This document shows, piece by piece, positions 19,672 through 30,778 of a stretch of DNA of 64,000 bases. The notes beneath the pieces were generated by a model. The model did not search any database. It saw only the letters and a list, made by a program, of their open reading frames with translations, and was not told the DNA's origin. This stretch comes from Alphaproteobacteria bacterium (lineage in GTDB: Bacteria; Pseudomonadota; Alphaproteobacteria; CALKHQ01). The translations under genes and the position numbers were made by a program. How positions within the stretch are numbered: position 1 is the stretch's first letter; each line of letters begins with the position of its first letter. The DNA lies in the NCBI GenBank assembly GCA_965227515.1, contig CBDDFZ010000001.1, forward strand, positions 4,006,152 through 4,070,151, read 5' to 3'.

Positions 19672-20850
19672 TCAGCCCTCGAAGTAGCGTTCGAGGACGC
19701 GTTGATAGATCGCGGTCAGCGTCTCGATGTCAGCGACCGCGACCCGCTCGTCGACCTTGTGCATGGTCTGGCCGACCAGGCCGAATTCCAGCACCGGGCA
19801 ATAGTCCTTGATGAACCGTGCGTCGGAGGTGCCGCCGGTGGTGCTCAGCTCGGGCTGACGGCCGCTGACGGCGGCCACCGCGTCGCTGACGATCTCGCTC
19901 AGCCGGCCGGGCGGGGTCAGGAAGGATTCGCCGCTGATCCTGATGTCGAGTTCGACGGCAACGTCGGGTGCGGCGGCGTGGGCCGTCTCGCGCAGCCAGT
20001 CCGACAGGCTGGCACCGCTATGCAGGTCGTTGAAGCGGATGTTCAGCCGCGCGGTCGCCGTCGCCGGTATCACGTTGGTGGCCGGGTTGCCGACATCGAC
20101 GGTGGTGAATTGCAGCGTCGACGGCTGGAAATGCTCCGACCCCTCGTCCAGCGGCTCGGCGGTCATCGCCGCCATGATGGCCACCAAATGGTGGATCGGG
20201 TTGTCGGCCAGATGCGGATAGGCGGAGTGGCCCTGCACGCCTCGCACGGTGATGGTGCAGTTCATGCTGCCGCGCCGGCCGATCTTGATCATGTCGCCCA
20301 GCGCTTCTGGGTTGGTCGGCTCGCCGACAACGCAGGCGTCGATTGTCTCGCCCTGCTCGGCCAGCCAGTCGAGCACGCGGGTGGTGCCGTTGACCGCCGG
20401 CCCCTCCTCGTCGCCGGTGATCAGCAGGCTGATGCTGCCCGGCACGGTGCCGCCATGGCGCTCCAGGTAGCGCGCCACCGCCGAGACGAAACAGGCAATG
20501 GAGCCCTTCATGTCGGCCGCACCGCGCCCGTGCAGCCAGCCCTCGTCCACCGCCGCGTCGAACGGCGCATGCCCCCAGGCATCCTCGGCCCCGGTCGGCA
20601 CCACGTCGGTGTGGCCGGCAAAGCAGAAATTGGGCGCGGCCGTGCCACGCCGGGCATAGAGGTTGTCGACCCGCTCCGTCCCCTCGGCCTGGAACGGCAG
20701 CCGGTGGCAGACGAAGCCAAGCCCCTCAAGCGCGGCCTGCAGCACGTCCAGCGCACCGGCATCGGCCGGCGTCACGCTGGGACAGCGGATCAGGTTCCGG
20801 GCCAATTCGACCGGATCGACCACCGGCATCGCGCGGCCGTCCGGTGCCAT
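19672..20850 (-). CDS. dapE: Succinyl-diaminopimelate desuccinylase
   Basis: [38 protein letters not shown]; follows dapD. Confidence 0.96.
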   Translation of the reverse strand: MAPDGRAMPVVDPVELARNLIRCPSVTPADAGALDVLQAALEGLGFVCHRLPFQAEGTERVDNLYARRGTAAPNFCFAGHTDVVPTGAEDAWGHAPFDAAVDEGWLHGRGAADMKGSIACFVSAVARYLERHGGTVPGSISLLITGDEEGPAVNGTTRVLDWLAEQGETIDACVVGEPTNPEALGDMIKIGRRGSMNCTITVRGVQGHSAYPHLADNPIHHLVAIMAAMTAEPLDEGSEHFQPSTLQFTTVDVGNPATNVIPATATARLNIRFNDLHSGASLSDWLRETAHAAAPDVAVELDIRISGESFLTPPGRLSEIVSDAVAAVSGRQPELSTTGGTSDARFIKDYCPVLEFGLVGQTMHKVDERVAVADIETLTAIYQRVLERYFEG

Positions 20851-20855
20851 GGCGG

Positions 20856-21695
20856 TCAGTCCCGCAACAGTTCGTTGATGGAGGTCTTGGCGCGGGTGCC
20901 GGCATCGACCCGCTTGACGATGACCGCGCAATAGAGGCCCGGACCCGGCGAGCCGTCCGGCAGCGCCTTGCCGGGCATCGAGCCTGGCACGACAACGGCA
21001 TAGGGCGGCACCTTGCCGCGAAACACCTCGCCGGTCGCGCGGTCGACGATCTTGGTCGACGCGCCGATATAGACGCCCATCGAGAGCACCGCACCGCGGC
21101 CGACGATAACGCCCTCGGCCACCTCGGAGCGCGCGCCGACAAAGCAGTCGTCCTCGATGATCACCGGACTGGCCTGCAGCGGCTCCAGCACTCCGCCGAT
21201 GCCGGCCCCGCCCGATATGTGGCAGTTCTTGCCAACCTGGGCGCAGCTTCCCACCGTCGCCCAGGTGTCGATCATCGTGCCCTCGTCGACATAGGCGCCC
21301 AGATTGACGAAGCTCGGCATCAGGATGACGCCGCGGCCGATGAAGGCGGAATGGCGCACCACGCAGTGCGGCACGGCGCGGAACCCGGCCTCGCGGAACC
21401 GGTTCTCGCCCCAGCCCGCGAATTTGGAGGGTACCTTGTCCCACCAGTTCGTGCTCTCGCCGGGTCCGCCCGGTATGGGCGTCATGTCGTTCAGGCGGAA
21501 CGACAACAGCACCGCCTTCTTCAGCCACTCGTTGACTGTCCAGCCGTCGCCGTCCGGCTCCGCCACGCGGGCCTTGCCGGTGTCCAGCAGGTCGAGGGCG
21601 GTTTCGACGGCGTCGCGAATCTCGCCGGAGGTGGTGGTTGAGACGGTGTCGCGTGTGTCCCACGCCGCCTCGATCGTCGATTGTAGGTTGTCCAT
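20856..21695 (-). CDS. dapD: Tetrahydrodipicolinate N-succinyltransferase
   Basis: [42 protein letters not shown]. Confidence 0.97.
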   Translation of the reverse strand: MDNLQSTIEAAWDTRDTVSTTTSGEIRDAVETALDLLDTGKARVAEPDGDGWTVNEWLKKAVLLSFRLNDMTPIPGGPGESTNWWDKVPSKFAGWGENRFREAGFRAVPHCVVRHSAFIGRGVILMPSFVNLGAYVDEGTMIDTWATVGSCAQVGKNCHISGGAGIGGVLEPLQASPVIIEDDCFVGARSEVAEGVIVGRGAVLSMGVYIGASTKIVDRATGEVFRGKVPPYAVVVPGSMPGKALPDGSPGPGLYCAVIVKRVDAGTRAKTSINELLRD

Positions 21696-21841
21696 TCTCA
21701 CGTCGCTGCTGGAAGGTGTGGCGGCCATCGACGGCCGCATCGGTCAAGCCCGCGGAACATGGCCGCGCGCCTACCGGAAGTCAAACCCGCCCAACGCCAT
21801 GTGACAATGGGGGCGCGGCACACGTGCCGGACGAACCGGGT

Positions 21842-24800
21842 TCAGTAGTCCCACTCCACCGCGATACCCACCGATGACTGGCCTTCCTCGTCGACACTGG
21901 TGGTCAGATCCAGCCAGTCGAGCACCTGGTAGTCGACCTCCGCGCTGTCGGGCGACAGGGTCACATAGACATCCTCGGTCGCATAGCCGCTGACCTCGAT
22001 CTGGCTGGTATCGGTGATGCCGCCCTCAACATCGACCCTGAGACCCTGAATGCCGGTCAGCTCGCGCGCCATCGACACGATGCCGAGCCCGCCGCCGCCA
22101 CCGCCCAGCAGGTCCATCGCCTCGCCCGAGCGTAACGCCTCCGCCGCCGACAGGGCACCGAAGCCGCTGCTGAACAGCAGGCGGCTGACGATCTCCTCCT
22201 CGGGCAATGCCGGATCGGACGACAGGTCGATACTTGGGTCCGACGCCACACCGCTCACGGCGATGGTCACGACCGCATCCTCGGCATTGATGGTGGCCGC
22301 GATGTCGATCTGCGGATCGGGCGGATTGGCGCCGGTAAAGGTGATTACCCCGCGTTCCAGGTTCAGCGGGTTGCCGGCCACCTCCAGAGACCCGCGCAAC
22401 ACCGAAACCGTGCCGGCGATCCGCGGATCGAGGGTCGACCCACCGATCTCGAGCTGGCCTTGCCATTCGGAGTCCAGCCCAAGGCCGCGCACGAACACCT
22501 GCCGTGGCATGGAGACCGACACATCCAGCAGAATTTCCGGCGCGACCGACGATGGCGCCTGCCCCAGATCGACCTCGCGCTCCGCCGGGCCGCCATTGAC
22601 CTCTATGACATCGAGTTCCACGACACTGGCCGGCAACTGCTCCGGCAGATTGATCTCCACGGGCGAGGCGACCAGATCGCCGGTCAGCGCCAGCGCCGAC
22701 ATCGGGCCAACGGCATCGATGCTGCCGCTGACCACCGCGGTCGCCAGGTCGCTGCCGACGACCGTGAACTCATCGAGGGTGACGTCCGCGTCGACCGTCG
22801 CTTCCGGCGATGTGAACTGGAAGCTGCCGGCGCCGGTCAATCGGCCGCCGCGGCCGTCGGTGGCCGACAAGCGCTCGATGACGATTTGCGAGGCGTTGCC
22901 CCGCATCACCACGTCGATGTCGCGGACGTAGATGCCGTTCTGCACGTCCTCGATACCGCCGTTCTCAAGTTCCAGACCGCCCTGGATCGCGGGGTTGCCC
23001 ACGGTGCCGCCAAGCTGCATGTCGGCAACCGCCGTACCGCTGAGCAACAGATAGCCGGTCGGCGAGATCAGGCTGGAGAACTCCGCCAACGCCAGCGGCC
23101 CGTCGATGCGCCCGTTCAGCGGCTGGCCTTCGCGCGGCTCGAACACGAACGGGTCCAGCGACAAGGTGAACACAGGGCCAATCTCGATCTCCATCGGCGG
23201 ATCGCCGATGCCGGAGAGGGTGGCATCCAGGCTCATTAGGCCGTCGGTCACGTTGGCGACGGCATCGACGGTCAGGCGGGGGCCCAGCCGCAAGGTGTCG
23301 CGGAATGCCAGTTCCTCCGCATCCAGCCGGATAACCCCGGACGGCGCGGACGACGGCCCGTTCAGGTCGACCGACAGTTCAACCACGCTTCCGGTCAGCA
23401 CCGGCCCGCCGATCGCTTCGGTGAGCGGTGTCACCTCACCCGGACCGACCCGCACGCTGGCCTCGACCGCGCCCGGCGCGACGGTGAGGTCGGCGGCCAG
23501 CGGCATGCCGGCCACCTCGCCGGCGAAATCGTTGAGCGCGATCCCATTGGCGAAGCTCACCTGGAACGTTTGGCCCGTGACCAACTCGAAGTCGGCGTAT
23601 TGCGCGCTCAGCGAGGCGACCGAGAGCGACGGCCCGCCGCCGATGTCGATGGTGCCGGTGGACGCGACCGCAACGTCGGCGTCCCCCACCTCGCCCGCCG
23701 TTGCGACCGTGTACTGCCAGCCGCCGCCACCACCGGAGCCGGTCAGCGTCAGCGTGTCGATGGCGACCCCGTCGGTGGCGATGCCGCTTGCACCCACCCG
23801 AAGGGTGCCGCTGGGTGCGGCGATCACCTGCTCGGCCTGCACGGCCACGTCGGCGGCGGCAACCGATATGACGGAGCCGCCGCTGTCCAGACTCAGACTG
23901 CGCAGGTCTGCGTCGAGGTCGACCGAGGCATCGCCGCCGGCATAGACGCCATTCAGCGCTGCGGTGATGCCACCGCGCGCCTGCAGGCCCGCCAGTTGCG
24001 CCACCGGCGCGATGTCGTTGGCGGCGATGGTCAGGTCGGCGCCGTAGCGCTCCTCGTCGAGCGCCAGGTCGGCGGCACCGTTGGCCCGCACGCCAAGCGC
24101 ATCGACAGCCAGGTTGGCAATCCGGATATCCATAGAGACCAGGTCCGCCACCACGTCAGCGGAGACCGTGCCGTCGCCAAAGGGGCTCTCGATGGCCACC
24201 GCCAAATTGCCCGTCACCGCGCCGCCTGCCTGCGGCGCGCCGGTCAGATCGACCGCCGCCGAGGAAAAGCCGATGCCGGAGATTTCCATGTCCCGCGCGG
24301 TGGCGGAGACCCGCACCACGGGCGCGGTAAGTGCGCCGCTCGCCGCGATGTCGGCCACAAGCTGGCCGAGCTGCGTGTCGGGGCCGATCAGCGATTCCGC
24401 CACCCCTTCGGCGCCGGTGGTGCGCACCTGCACCGCCAGGTCGACGAAGTCCTGTTCCGGGTTCACGCCGCCGCTTGCCTCCAGCGACAGCACCGGCGTC
24501 TCGAGACTCACCGAGAGGCCCTCGGCGGTGCCGCCGAATCCGATCAGGCCAGTGGCAGCCAGATTGGCGCTGTCTCCCAGCAACGGCCCGACGGTCGGGT
24601 CGGCAAGTGCCACCTGCGACAGCGAAATGTCCGCATCGACCCAGACGAATTCCTGCTCGATCTCGGTGGCGAAGCCGATGCTGGACGCCAGCGCGGCGGC
24701 GCCCTCGAAACCCGCCATTTGGAGCAACGGCGCGGCATCCTCCGCGTCCAGCGTGACATCGCCGCCGACCGACAGGTTCTCAAGGTCGACCGACACGTCG

Positions 24801-26284
24801 CCGGCCAGCCGCACCGGGGCAACCAGCAGTGTCATCTCGCTGAGATCGAGGCTGCTGTACTCGGAGTCGTAGCTGGTGCGCGCGGAGAACTGGACCGCGC
24901 CGGTGGCGAGCCCTTCGGGCATCTCAAACGGCAGCACCAGGCCGTCGGTCGCCAGTTCCACATCGACGGCGAGTTTGGGCGCCGCGAAGTCCATGTTTTC
25001 GGCGGAGACATTCAGGGTCAGGCCATCGGCGGCGAATCCCTCCACCTCCACGTCCCGCCCGGTGAGTTGCAACTGGATGGTGGGCGATGCACTGCCGCCG
25101 GTGAGGCGCACGTCGGCCTGCAACGCCCCGTGGATCGGCACCTCGGTCAGTGCCTGCAAGCCGAGCGCTTGCGGCACCTGGATCGTCGCGTCCACCGACG
25201 CGGTCTCGTCGTCCGGCCGCAAGGTGCCGGCGGCCGAGACCTGAACCGCCGCGCTCTCCACCGACAGTTCCTCTATCGAGACGAGTGTGTCGCTGAACGC
25301 AACGCGGCCGGAGGTCGTCAGCCGCCCGATGATGTCGGCCTGCGGCACGAACTCCAGCGCGACCGGATCGGCGGCGAACGACCATTCCGCGGCAACGCTT
25401 TCGTCTGTCTGGGTGATGGCGTAGCTGCCGCCAAAGACGGACTCCCCGCCGATGCGCGCGTCGACCGTGCCCTGCCACGCCTGCTGACTGCCCTGGCCGT
25501 CGACATCGATGGTCAGGCCCGGCAGGTCGGGCTCGCCCAACATCTCGCTCAGCAAGCCGCCGCTGGGATCGAAGACCTCGACGTCCAGCGAGACATCGTT
25601 GAAGGCATCGCCAATCACAGCGTCCACCCGCACATGGCCGCCGGGCTGGTCCAACCGGTCGACCGCCAGCTTGGCGTCGGCCTCGGCACTGGTGGCGTTG
25701 AACGCGCCGGAGACCGCCAGGATCAGGGGCTCGCCCATGATATCGGGCCCGAGATGCAGTTCCTTGATCTCAAGCGAAGGTGCGGCGACGTCTATCGGGA
25801 TCAGCGGCCACGGGATCGCCTCGGAAACCGCCTCCTCGACCGGGGTCTCGGCCCCGCCGGTCTCCAGCGGACGAAAGATGTCGGCCCGCCCGACAAACAG
25901 CTCCGACACATCGACCGCACCGGCGAACAGCGGCCCGATCTCCACCGCCAGCGACACGTCCTCGGCGACGATGGCAACACCCTGGCTGTCGGATATCTGT
26001 ACCCGGTCGGCGGTCAACTGGAACGGCAGGAAGCCCCCAAGGCCGGAGACCTCAAGCTCGATGCCGCTCGCCGACAGCGCGTCGCGGGCGATGTCCAGCG
26101 CCATGTCGCGGCCGAACTGGGTCTGCAACAGGCCAATGGCCAGCAACGGCAGCAGCAGGATCAGTACCACCAGGGCGATGGCCGCACGCCACACCCAGCG
26201 CCGCCGGCGGCGCCGTTTGGGGGGTGCCTGCGCCTGCGGGCCGGACCCCGCGGGGCGCTCAGAAGGCTTGGCCGAAGCTGACAT
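21842..26284 (-). CDS. tamB: Translocation and assembly module TamB
   Basis: ~1480 aa with N-terminal TM anchor and beta-rich body; VRGLGLDSEW...SSDPALPEEEIVSRLLF and terminal WDY. Start is 26284 or 26311. Confidence 0.88.
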   Translation of the reverse strand: MSASAKPSERPAGSGPQAQAPPKRRRRRRWVWRAAIALVVLILLLPLLAIGLLQTQFGRDMALDIARDALSASGIELEVSGLGGFLPFQLTADRVQISDSQGVAIVAEDVSLAVEIGPLFAGAVDVSELFVGRADIFRPLETGGAETPVEEAVSEAIPWPLIPIDVAAPSLEIKELHLGPDIMGEPLILAVSGAFNATSAEADAKLAVDRLDQPGGHVRVDAVIGDAFNDVSLDVEVFDPSGGLLSEMLGEPDLPGLTIDVDGQGSQQAWQGTVDARIGGESVFGGSYAITQTDESVAAEWSFAADPVALEFVPQADIIGRLTTSGRVAFSDTLVSIEELSVESAAVQVSAAGTLRPDDETASVDATIQVPQALGLQALTEVPIHGALQADVRLTGGSASPTIQLQLTGRDVEVEGFAADGLTLNVSAENMDFAAPKLAVDVELATDGLVLPFEMPEGLATGAVQFSARTSYDSEYSSLDLSEMTLLVAPVRLAGDVSVDLENLSVGGDVTLDAEDAAPLLQMAGFEGAAALASSIGFATEIEQEFVWVDADISLSQVALADPTVGPLLGDSANLAATGLIGFGGTAEGLSVSLETPVLSLEASGGVNPEQDFVDLAVQVRTTGAEGVAESLIGPDTQLGQLVADIAASGALTAPVVRVSATARDMEISGIGFSSAAVDLTGAPQAGGAVTGNLAVAIESPFGDGTVSADVVADLVSMDIRIANLAVDALGVRANGAADLALDEERYGADLTIAANDIAPVAQLAGLQARGGITAALNGVYAGGDASVDLDADLRSLSLDSGGSVISVAAADVAVQAEQVIAAPSGTLRVGASGIATDGVAIDTLTLTGSGGGGGWQYTVATAGEVGDADVAVASTGTIDIGGGPSLSVASLSAQYADFELVTGQTFQVSFANGIALNDFAGEVAGMPLAADLTVAPGAVEASVRVGPGEVTPLTEAIGGPVLTGSVVELSVDLNGPSSAPSGVIRLDAEELAFRDTLRLGPRLTVDAVANVTDGLMSLDATLSGIGDPPMEIEIGPVFTLSLDPFVFEPREGQPLNGRIDGPLALAEFSSLISPTGYLLLSGTAVADMQLGGTVGNPAIQGGLELENGGIEDVQNGIYVRDIDVVMRGNASQIVIERLSATDGRGGRLTGAGSFQFTSPEATVDADVTLDEFTVVGSDLATAVVSGSIDAVGPMSALALTGDLVASPVEINLPEQLPASVVELDVIEVNGGPAEREVDLGQAPSSVAPEILLDVSVSMPRQVFVRGLGLDSEWQGQLEIGGSTLDPRIAGTVSVLRGSLEVAGNPLNLERGVITFTGANPPDPQIDIAATINAEDAVVTIAVSGVASDPSIDLSSDPALPEEEIVSRLLFSSGFGALSAAEALRSGEAMDLLGGGGGGLGIVSMARELTGIQGLRVDVEGGITDTSQIEVSGYATEDVYVTLSPDSAEVDYQVLDWLDLTTSVDEEGQSSVGIAVEWDY

Positions 26285-28190
26285 AGAACTGGAAGGAGTC
26301 GTCGACACCATTGCGGCGATTGAATGGCACCGCCACGTCCACCCTCAGCGGACCCAAGCCGGTGTAATAGCGCGCGCCGATGCCGCCGCCCCAGAACAGC
26401 GGCTCGTCGAATGTGGGAAACTGGCTGTCGAATGTCCGCGCACCTTCCATGAACAGGACCGCGCCATAGTCCTCCAGGAACCGGAACCGCGCCTCCGCGC
26501 CAATGCCGGCCAGCGACGTCCCGCCGACCGGGTCGCCCTCGTCGTCGAAATCGCCGGCGTGCTGATAGGCGAACGCGCGCACCGAGTTGGCGCCGCCGGC
26601 ATAGAGCCGTTGGTCGGCCGGAATGTCGTCCAGCGTGGCCCCCAGCAGCGAGCCGAGTCGAAACCAGCCCGCTAGCACGATGGCGTCGTCATCCAGCGGC
26701 GCGTAGTAGCCGGTCTGGCGCGCCTGCACCTTCAGGTAGTTGAAGCTGGTCTCGCCGAAGCCGATCACCGGCTCCAGTTCCAACTTGGTGTAGGTACCTT
26801 CGGTCGGATTGAGCGGGTTGTCCCGCAGGTCGTAGCTGATCGAGAACGGCACGCCGACGTCGGAGAACGTGATCGCCTCCTCGCCGTCCTCCTCCAGGGA
26901 CTGCTCGGCAAACCGCAGGCCGAACGTCGCCGCCCAGTTGTTGTCGATGGCCCATTGCAGGTCGGTCCGCGCACCCAGTTCGAGCTGGGAATAGTTCTCC
27001 TGCGTTTCGGCGAGCAGTGCGGCCTCGGCGGTCAGCGCCAGCACGCCATCCTCGACCAGATAGTCGTCGCGATATTCCGCGCCCAGGGACTGTACGCGCT
27101 GGCTGATCGTCAGCCTGGTTTCCAGGTCTTCCGCCTGGCCGAAGATGTTGCGGTGCTGCCAGTAGATGTCGACGCCCGGCCCGTCCTGCGACGCATATTC
27201 CAGCGCGCCGCCGATGGTGCGGTGCGGACGCTCCGCCACATCGATCACAAGTGGCACCTGGCCGTCCTCGCTGACCCAGTCGCTATCGGGCTCGATCACG
27301 ACCGAGGCGAACACCCCGGCCTGCGCCAGCGCGGAGCGGGTCTCCGCCAGCACGTCCTCGTCGTATTGCTCGCCCTGCTCCCACTGCACCATACGCTCGA
27401 CGAAGCGCTGTTCGACATCGGTGAGGCCGGTAATGCGGTAGGTGCCGAAATCGGCGATCGGGCCGGGATCGATGGTGAAGGTGACGTTCACCGTGCGGGT
27501 TGCATGGTCGACGATGACGGCGCGGTCGACCATCTGCGGGAACGGGTGGCCGTTCTCGCCCAGGTCCTCCAGGATCTCGTCCTCGGCGTCCACGATGTTC
27601 GCCGCCCTGGCCGGCATGCCGTCCGCAACCTCCAGCTCCTGCTTGTCGACGCCGACGGGAAATGGCGCGCCATAAGGGTGGGCGTTGTCAACGGCAAAGC
27701 CGGCCATCGTGTACAGCGGACCCAATTCAACCCTTATGGTGACCTGGACCGGCAACGGATCGCCATCCTCGTCCACCGTGTCCTCGTCGATGGCGATTTC
27801 TATGTCGGAGTCGTAGTAGCCGCGCGACCGCAGCGCGACCTGCATGTCCTCCACATCCTCGTCGGCGCGCGCCCGCAGCGCCAGGACCGTCGGCGGTGCA
27901 TCGTCCTCCAACTCGATGACCGTGGATATCTGGCTCAAGAGGTCGGTTATATCGTCGACCTCGTCCTCGTCGACACCGCCCGAACTGGCCTGGACCTGCA
28001 GGTCGACCTCGTATTCGACCTCGCGCGGCTCGGCCTCCTCGTCGTCCGCCGGGTCCGCATCCTGGGCCCAGGCAGCCGCCGCGGCCATGGCGCTGAAGCC
28101 AAGCGCGATGAACAGCCGCCGCCACGGCACGGCGCGAAAGCCGCCAATTCGCGTTCGGGCGCCGTGCCCGGATTGACGTGTGGCCGGCAT
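26259..28190 (-). CDS. tamA: Autotransporter assembly outer-membrane protein TamA
   Basis: Omp85 family: POTRA region, YAGGANSVRAF, GPLRVDVAVP, terminal GQAF. Confidence 0.9.
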   Translation of the reverse strand: MPATRQSGHGARTRIGGFRAVPWRRLFIALGFSAMAAAAAWAQDADPADDEEAEPREVEYEVDLQVQASSGGVDEDEVDDITDLLSQISTVIELEDDAPPTVLALRARADEDVEDMQVALRSRGYYDSDIEIAIDEDTVDEDGDPLPVQVTIRVELGPLYTMAGFAVDNAHPYGAPFPVGVDKQELEVADGMPARAANIVDAEDEILEDLGENGHPFPQMVDRAVIVDHATRTVNVTFTIDPGPIADFGTYRITGLTDVEQRFVERMVQWEQGEQYDEDVLAETRSALAQAGVFASVVIEPDSDWVSEDGQVPLVIDVAERPHRTIGGALEYASQDGPGVDIYWQHRNIFGQAEDLETRLTISQRVQSLGAEYRDDYLVEDGVLALTAEAALLAETQENYSQLELGARTDLQWAIDNNWAATFGLRFAEQSLEEDGEEAITFSDVGVPFSISYDLRDNPLNPTEGTYTKLELEPVIGFGETSFNYLKVQARQTGYYAPLDDDAIVLAGWFRLGSLLGATLDDIPADQRLYAGGANSVRAFAYQHAGDFDDEGDPVGGTSLAGIGAEARFRFLEDYGAVLFMEGARTFDSQFPTFDEPLFWGGGIGARYYTGLGPLRVDVAVPFNRRNGVDDSFQFYVSFGQAF

Positions 28191-28315
28191 CGCGCACGTG
28201 TAACGCGGGGGCCGGGCGGAAGTTCCGCTACTGCATGCCTGACCGTTCAAGATCGCTTCTTCGCTCTGCTGGCCGCCCCTGCCCTTGCATGCAAGGACGG
28301 CATGCCATGGGCGAG

Positions 28316-28858
28316 TCAGCCAGCCGGTGCATGTTCCTGCAACCTCGGCATCAATTCCACGAAGTTGCATGGCCGAAAGCGGAAGTCCAATTGAAACACC
28401 AGGATGTCGTCCCAGGCATCGCGGCATGCGCCTGGAGAGCCCGGCAGCGCGAACAGGTAGGTGCCGCCGGCCACCCCGGCCGTCGCCCGGCTCTGGATCG
28501 TCGAGGTGCCGATCTTCTGGTAGCTGAGCATGCGGAACAGCTCGCCGAAGCCGGGCACCTCTTTCTCATATACGGACTGAAACGCCTCGGGGGTCACATC
28601 CCGTCCGGTTACGCCCGTGCCACCGGTAGCCAGGACCACGTCGACCTCCGGATCGTCGATCCAGGCCCGGAGCTGCGCCTCGATCAGCGCCTGCTCGTCG
28701 GCGACGATGGTACGCGCGGCCAGCAGATGGCCGGCGGCGGCTATCCGTTCCACCAGCACGTCGCCCGACTTGTCGGTCTCCAGCGTGCGGCTGTCGGAAA
28801 CCGTCATCACCGCGATATGCACCGGCAGGAACGGGCGCGTCTCGTCGATCTTCGCCAT
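28316..28858 (-). CDS. moaB: Molybdenum cofactor biosynthesis protein B
   Basis: TVSDSR, TGGTGVTGRDVTPEA, LPGSPGAC, RPCNFVE. Confidence 0.95.
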   Translation of the reverse strand: MAKIDETRPFLPVHIAVMTVSDSRTLETDKSGDVLVERIAAAGHLLAARTIVADEQALIEAQLRAWIDDPEVDVVLATGGTGVTGRDVTPEAFQSVYEKEVPGFGELFRMLSYQKIGTSTIQSRATAGVAGGTYLFALPGSPGACRDAWDDILVFQLDFRFRPCNFVELMPRLQEHAPAG

Positions 28859-28924
28859 GGCGGCCCCCTGTCTCCCCTTGTTGTGTGCCGCGCGGCGTGG
28901 GTACGCGCGTTCATCGAGTCGGCG

Positions 28925-30688
28925 TCAGTCGCCGGCTCCGTCCTGCGCCACATAGCGCGGCCAGCGCCCCTCGGCCAGCGCTTCCAGCGACAGCGGCGGC
29001 TGGCCCAGGCGCTCGCGATAGCACCACAGGGCGAACAGCACGCTCTTCACGTACTGCCGCGTCTCGGGCACCGGGATGCGCTCGATATACAGGAGGGGGT
29101 CCTCGATGCCGCCGCGCAACTCATCCCACGAACGCAGATTGCCAGGCCCGGCATTGTAGGCGGCGATCAAGCGGATCAGGTCGTCGTCGATGCTATCGAT
29201 CTCCATCAGCGCGTGCACGAATGCCTGGCCCAACGCCATGTTGGCGTGGGGATCGTCGACATAGGCGTCCATCGGGTCCTGCGCCGCGCCGCCCATGCGC
29301 GCCGCCATCGCGCGGGCCGTCGGTGGCATCAACTGCATCGCCCCCTGGGCGCCGGCATGGCTGGTGGCGCCGGGGTCGAACGCCGACTCGCTGTGGATGA
29401 TCGCGAACAGCAGCGCCCGGTCCAGCGAGGCACCGCCGACCGGGTGCCACGATGGCAGGGGATACGCCGCCACCCAGTGGCGCAGTCCGCTAATACGCTC
29501 GAACACGCCGGCCAGCCGCAAGGTCAGGCCGGGCATGGTCATCGGGTCGGCAAGGTCGATCAGGGCCAGCATGTGGGCGGTGTCGATGTCGCCATACAGC
29601 GTCCGCAACTCGCCCTCGGCAAGGTCGGGCCGGCCGATCTGCAGCAGTGCCGCCGCGCGCCGGCCGGCCGGCAGCGACAATGCCACCCTTCGGCTGAAGT
29701 CCGCCGAAGCCGGCACAAAGTCCTGCATCGGCCCGCCACGGCCCAGCGCCCGGTTGGCCAACGCGCCATAGAACAGATGGCCGTGCTCGGCCGCCGCGCG
29801 CAGCCAGATATCGGCGCCGGACTGGTCGCCGAGCTCGCGCGACGCCCGTGCCGCCCAGAACGCCGCGGCCGCGCGCACCTGGTCGGGCACGGCATCGCGC
29901 AGGGCGAGCCGTGAGAACGCGCTCAAGGCGGACTCGAAATAGCCGGCGCGCCAGTTGTTCAGCCCGCGCCACCACATGGCGTTCCAGCCCGTTCCCGCGT
30001 CCGACGACACGACCGCCAGGCCACGGCTGCCATGCCAGTTCGGCCGCCACGACACCCGGTCCGGGATCAGCTCCCATAGCGACCAATAGCGCGGCAACCC
30101 GCCGAAGCCGTCCAGCCCGCCATCGCCCGGACGGGGCGGATAAGGCGCGCCATCCTGCCACCGTACGCTGGCAAGCCGATGGATGCGGTCGGCGCCGGGC
30201 TGGTCGCCGAAGCGCACCAGCCAGTCGTAGAGCTCGTCGTAGGTCGAGCGATAAGCCGACGGGTGCATGTAGCGCTGGAACAGGACATGGCCGTCCAGCA
30301 GGTGATCGTCGAGCTTGGCAATCTGCGCGTCGGCGGCATCGAAGTCGCCGGCCTCCTGCAGCGCGAAAATGCGCCGGTAGATCATGGCATCAGTGGCCGA
30401 CAGCGGCGTGCGCAGATCGGCCTCGTCGCTCCACAGGTCGACGGCCAGCCCAGGCCCTTCTGCGGGCAGCAAACGCACCTCGGCGTCGGCGGCGATGTCG
30501 CTGTCGTAGGAGATGGGACCGCTGGGCGGCAGCAAGCGCAGCGCGGCCAGGAGCGTTTGCGCTCCAGCGTCCTGCATGATCTGCGCGGTCGAGTTTGGGG
30601 CTGGGTCGGCCGAGAGCCTCGGCAGGGCCAAGCCTACGACCCCTGCGATCGGCACCAAGATGATGGCCACCGACCAGATACGGCGCAT
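28925..30688 (-). CDS. Soluble lytic transglycosylase (SLT domain)
   Basis: ESAFDP (catalytic Glu), GAQGAMQLMP, AAYNAGPG, ETRQYV. Confidence 0.9.
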   Translation of the reverse strand: MRRIWSVAIILVPIAGVVGLALPRLSADPAPNSTAQIMQDAGAQTLLAALRLLPPSGPISYDSDIAADAEVRLLPAEGPGLAVDLWSDEADLRTPLSATDAMIYRRIFALQEAGDFDAADAQIAKLDDHLLDGHVLFQRYMHPSAYRSTYDELYDWLVRFGDQPGADRIHRLASVRWQDGAPYPPRPGDGGLDGFGGLPRYWSLWELIPDRVSWRPNWHGSRGLAVVSSDAGTGWNAMWWRGLNNWRAGYFESALSAFSRLALRDAVPDQVRAAAAFWAARASRELGDQSGADIWLRAAAEHGHLFYGALANRALGRGGPMQDFVPASADFSRRVALSLPAGRRAAALLQIGRPDLAEGELRTLYGDIDTAHMLALIDLADPMTMPGLTLRLAGVFERISGLRHWVAAYPLPSWHPVGGASLDRALLFAIIHSESAFDPGATSHAGAQGAMQLMPPTARAMAARMGGAAQDPMDAYVDDPHANMALGQAFVHALMEIDSIDDDLIRLIAAYNAGPGNLRSWDELRGGIEDPLLYIERIPVPETRQYVKSVLFALWCYRERLGQPPLSLEALAEGRWPRYVAQDGAGD

Positions 30689-30778
30689 GAACCGTTTCCC
30701 AATTCAGTGACTTGCAGGACGTGTCTACAGCACAAAGTGAAGGATTGGCAACAATCGGGCGGGATTCGGCTGAATGCC

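Noticed and set aside
23570-26281. 903-aa ORF antisense to tamB, and other long shadow ORFs (e.g. 41374-43902, 12295-14265)
   Set aside because: Expected antisense ORFs of high-GC coding DNA; no recognisable motifs.
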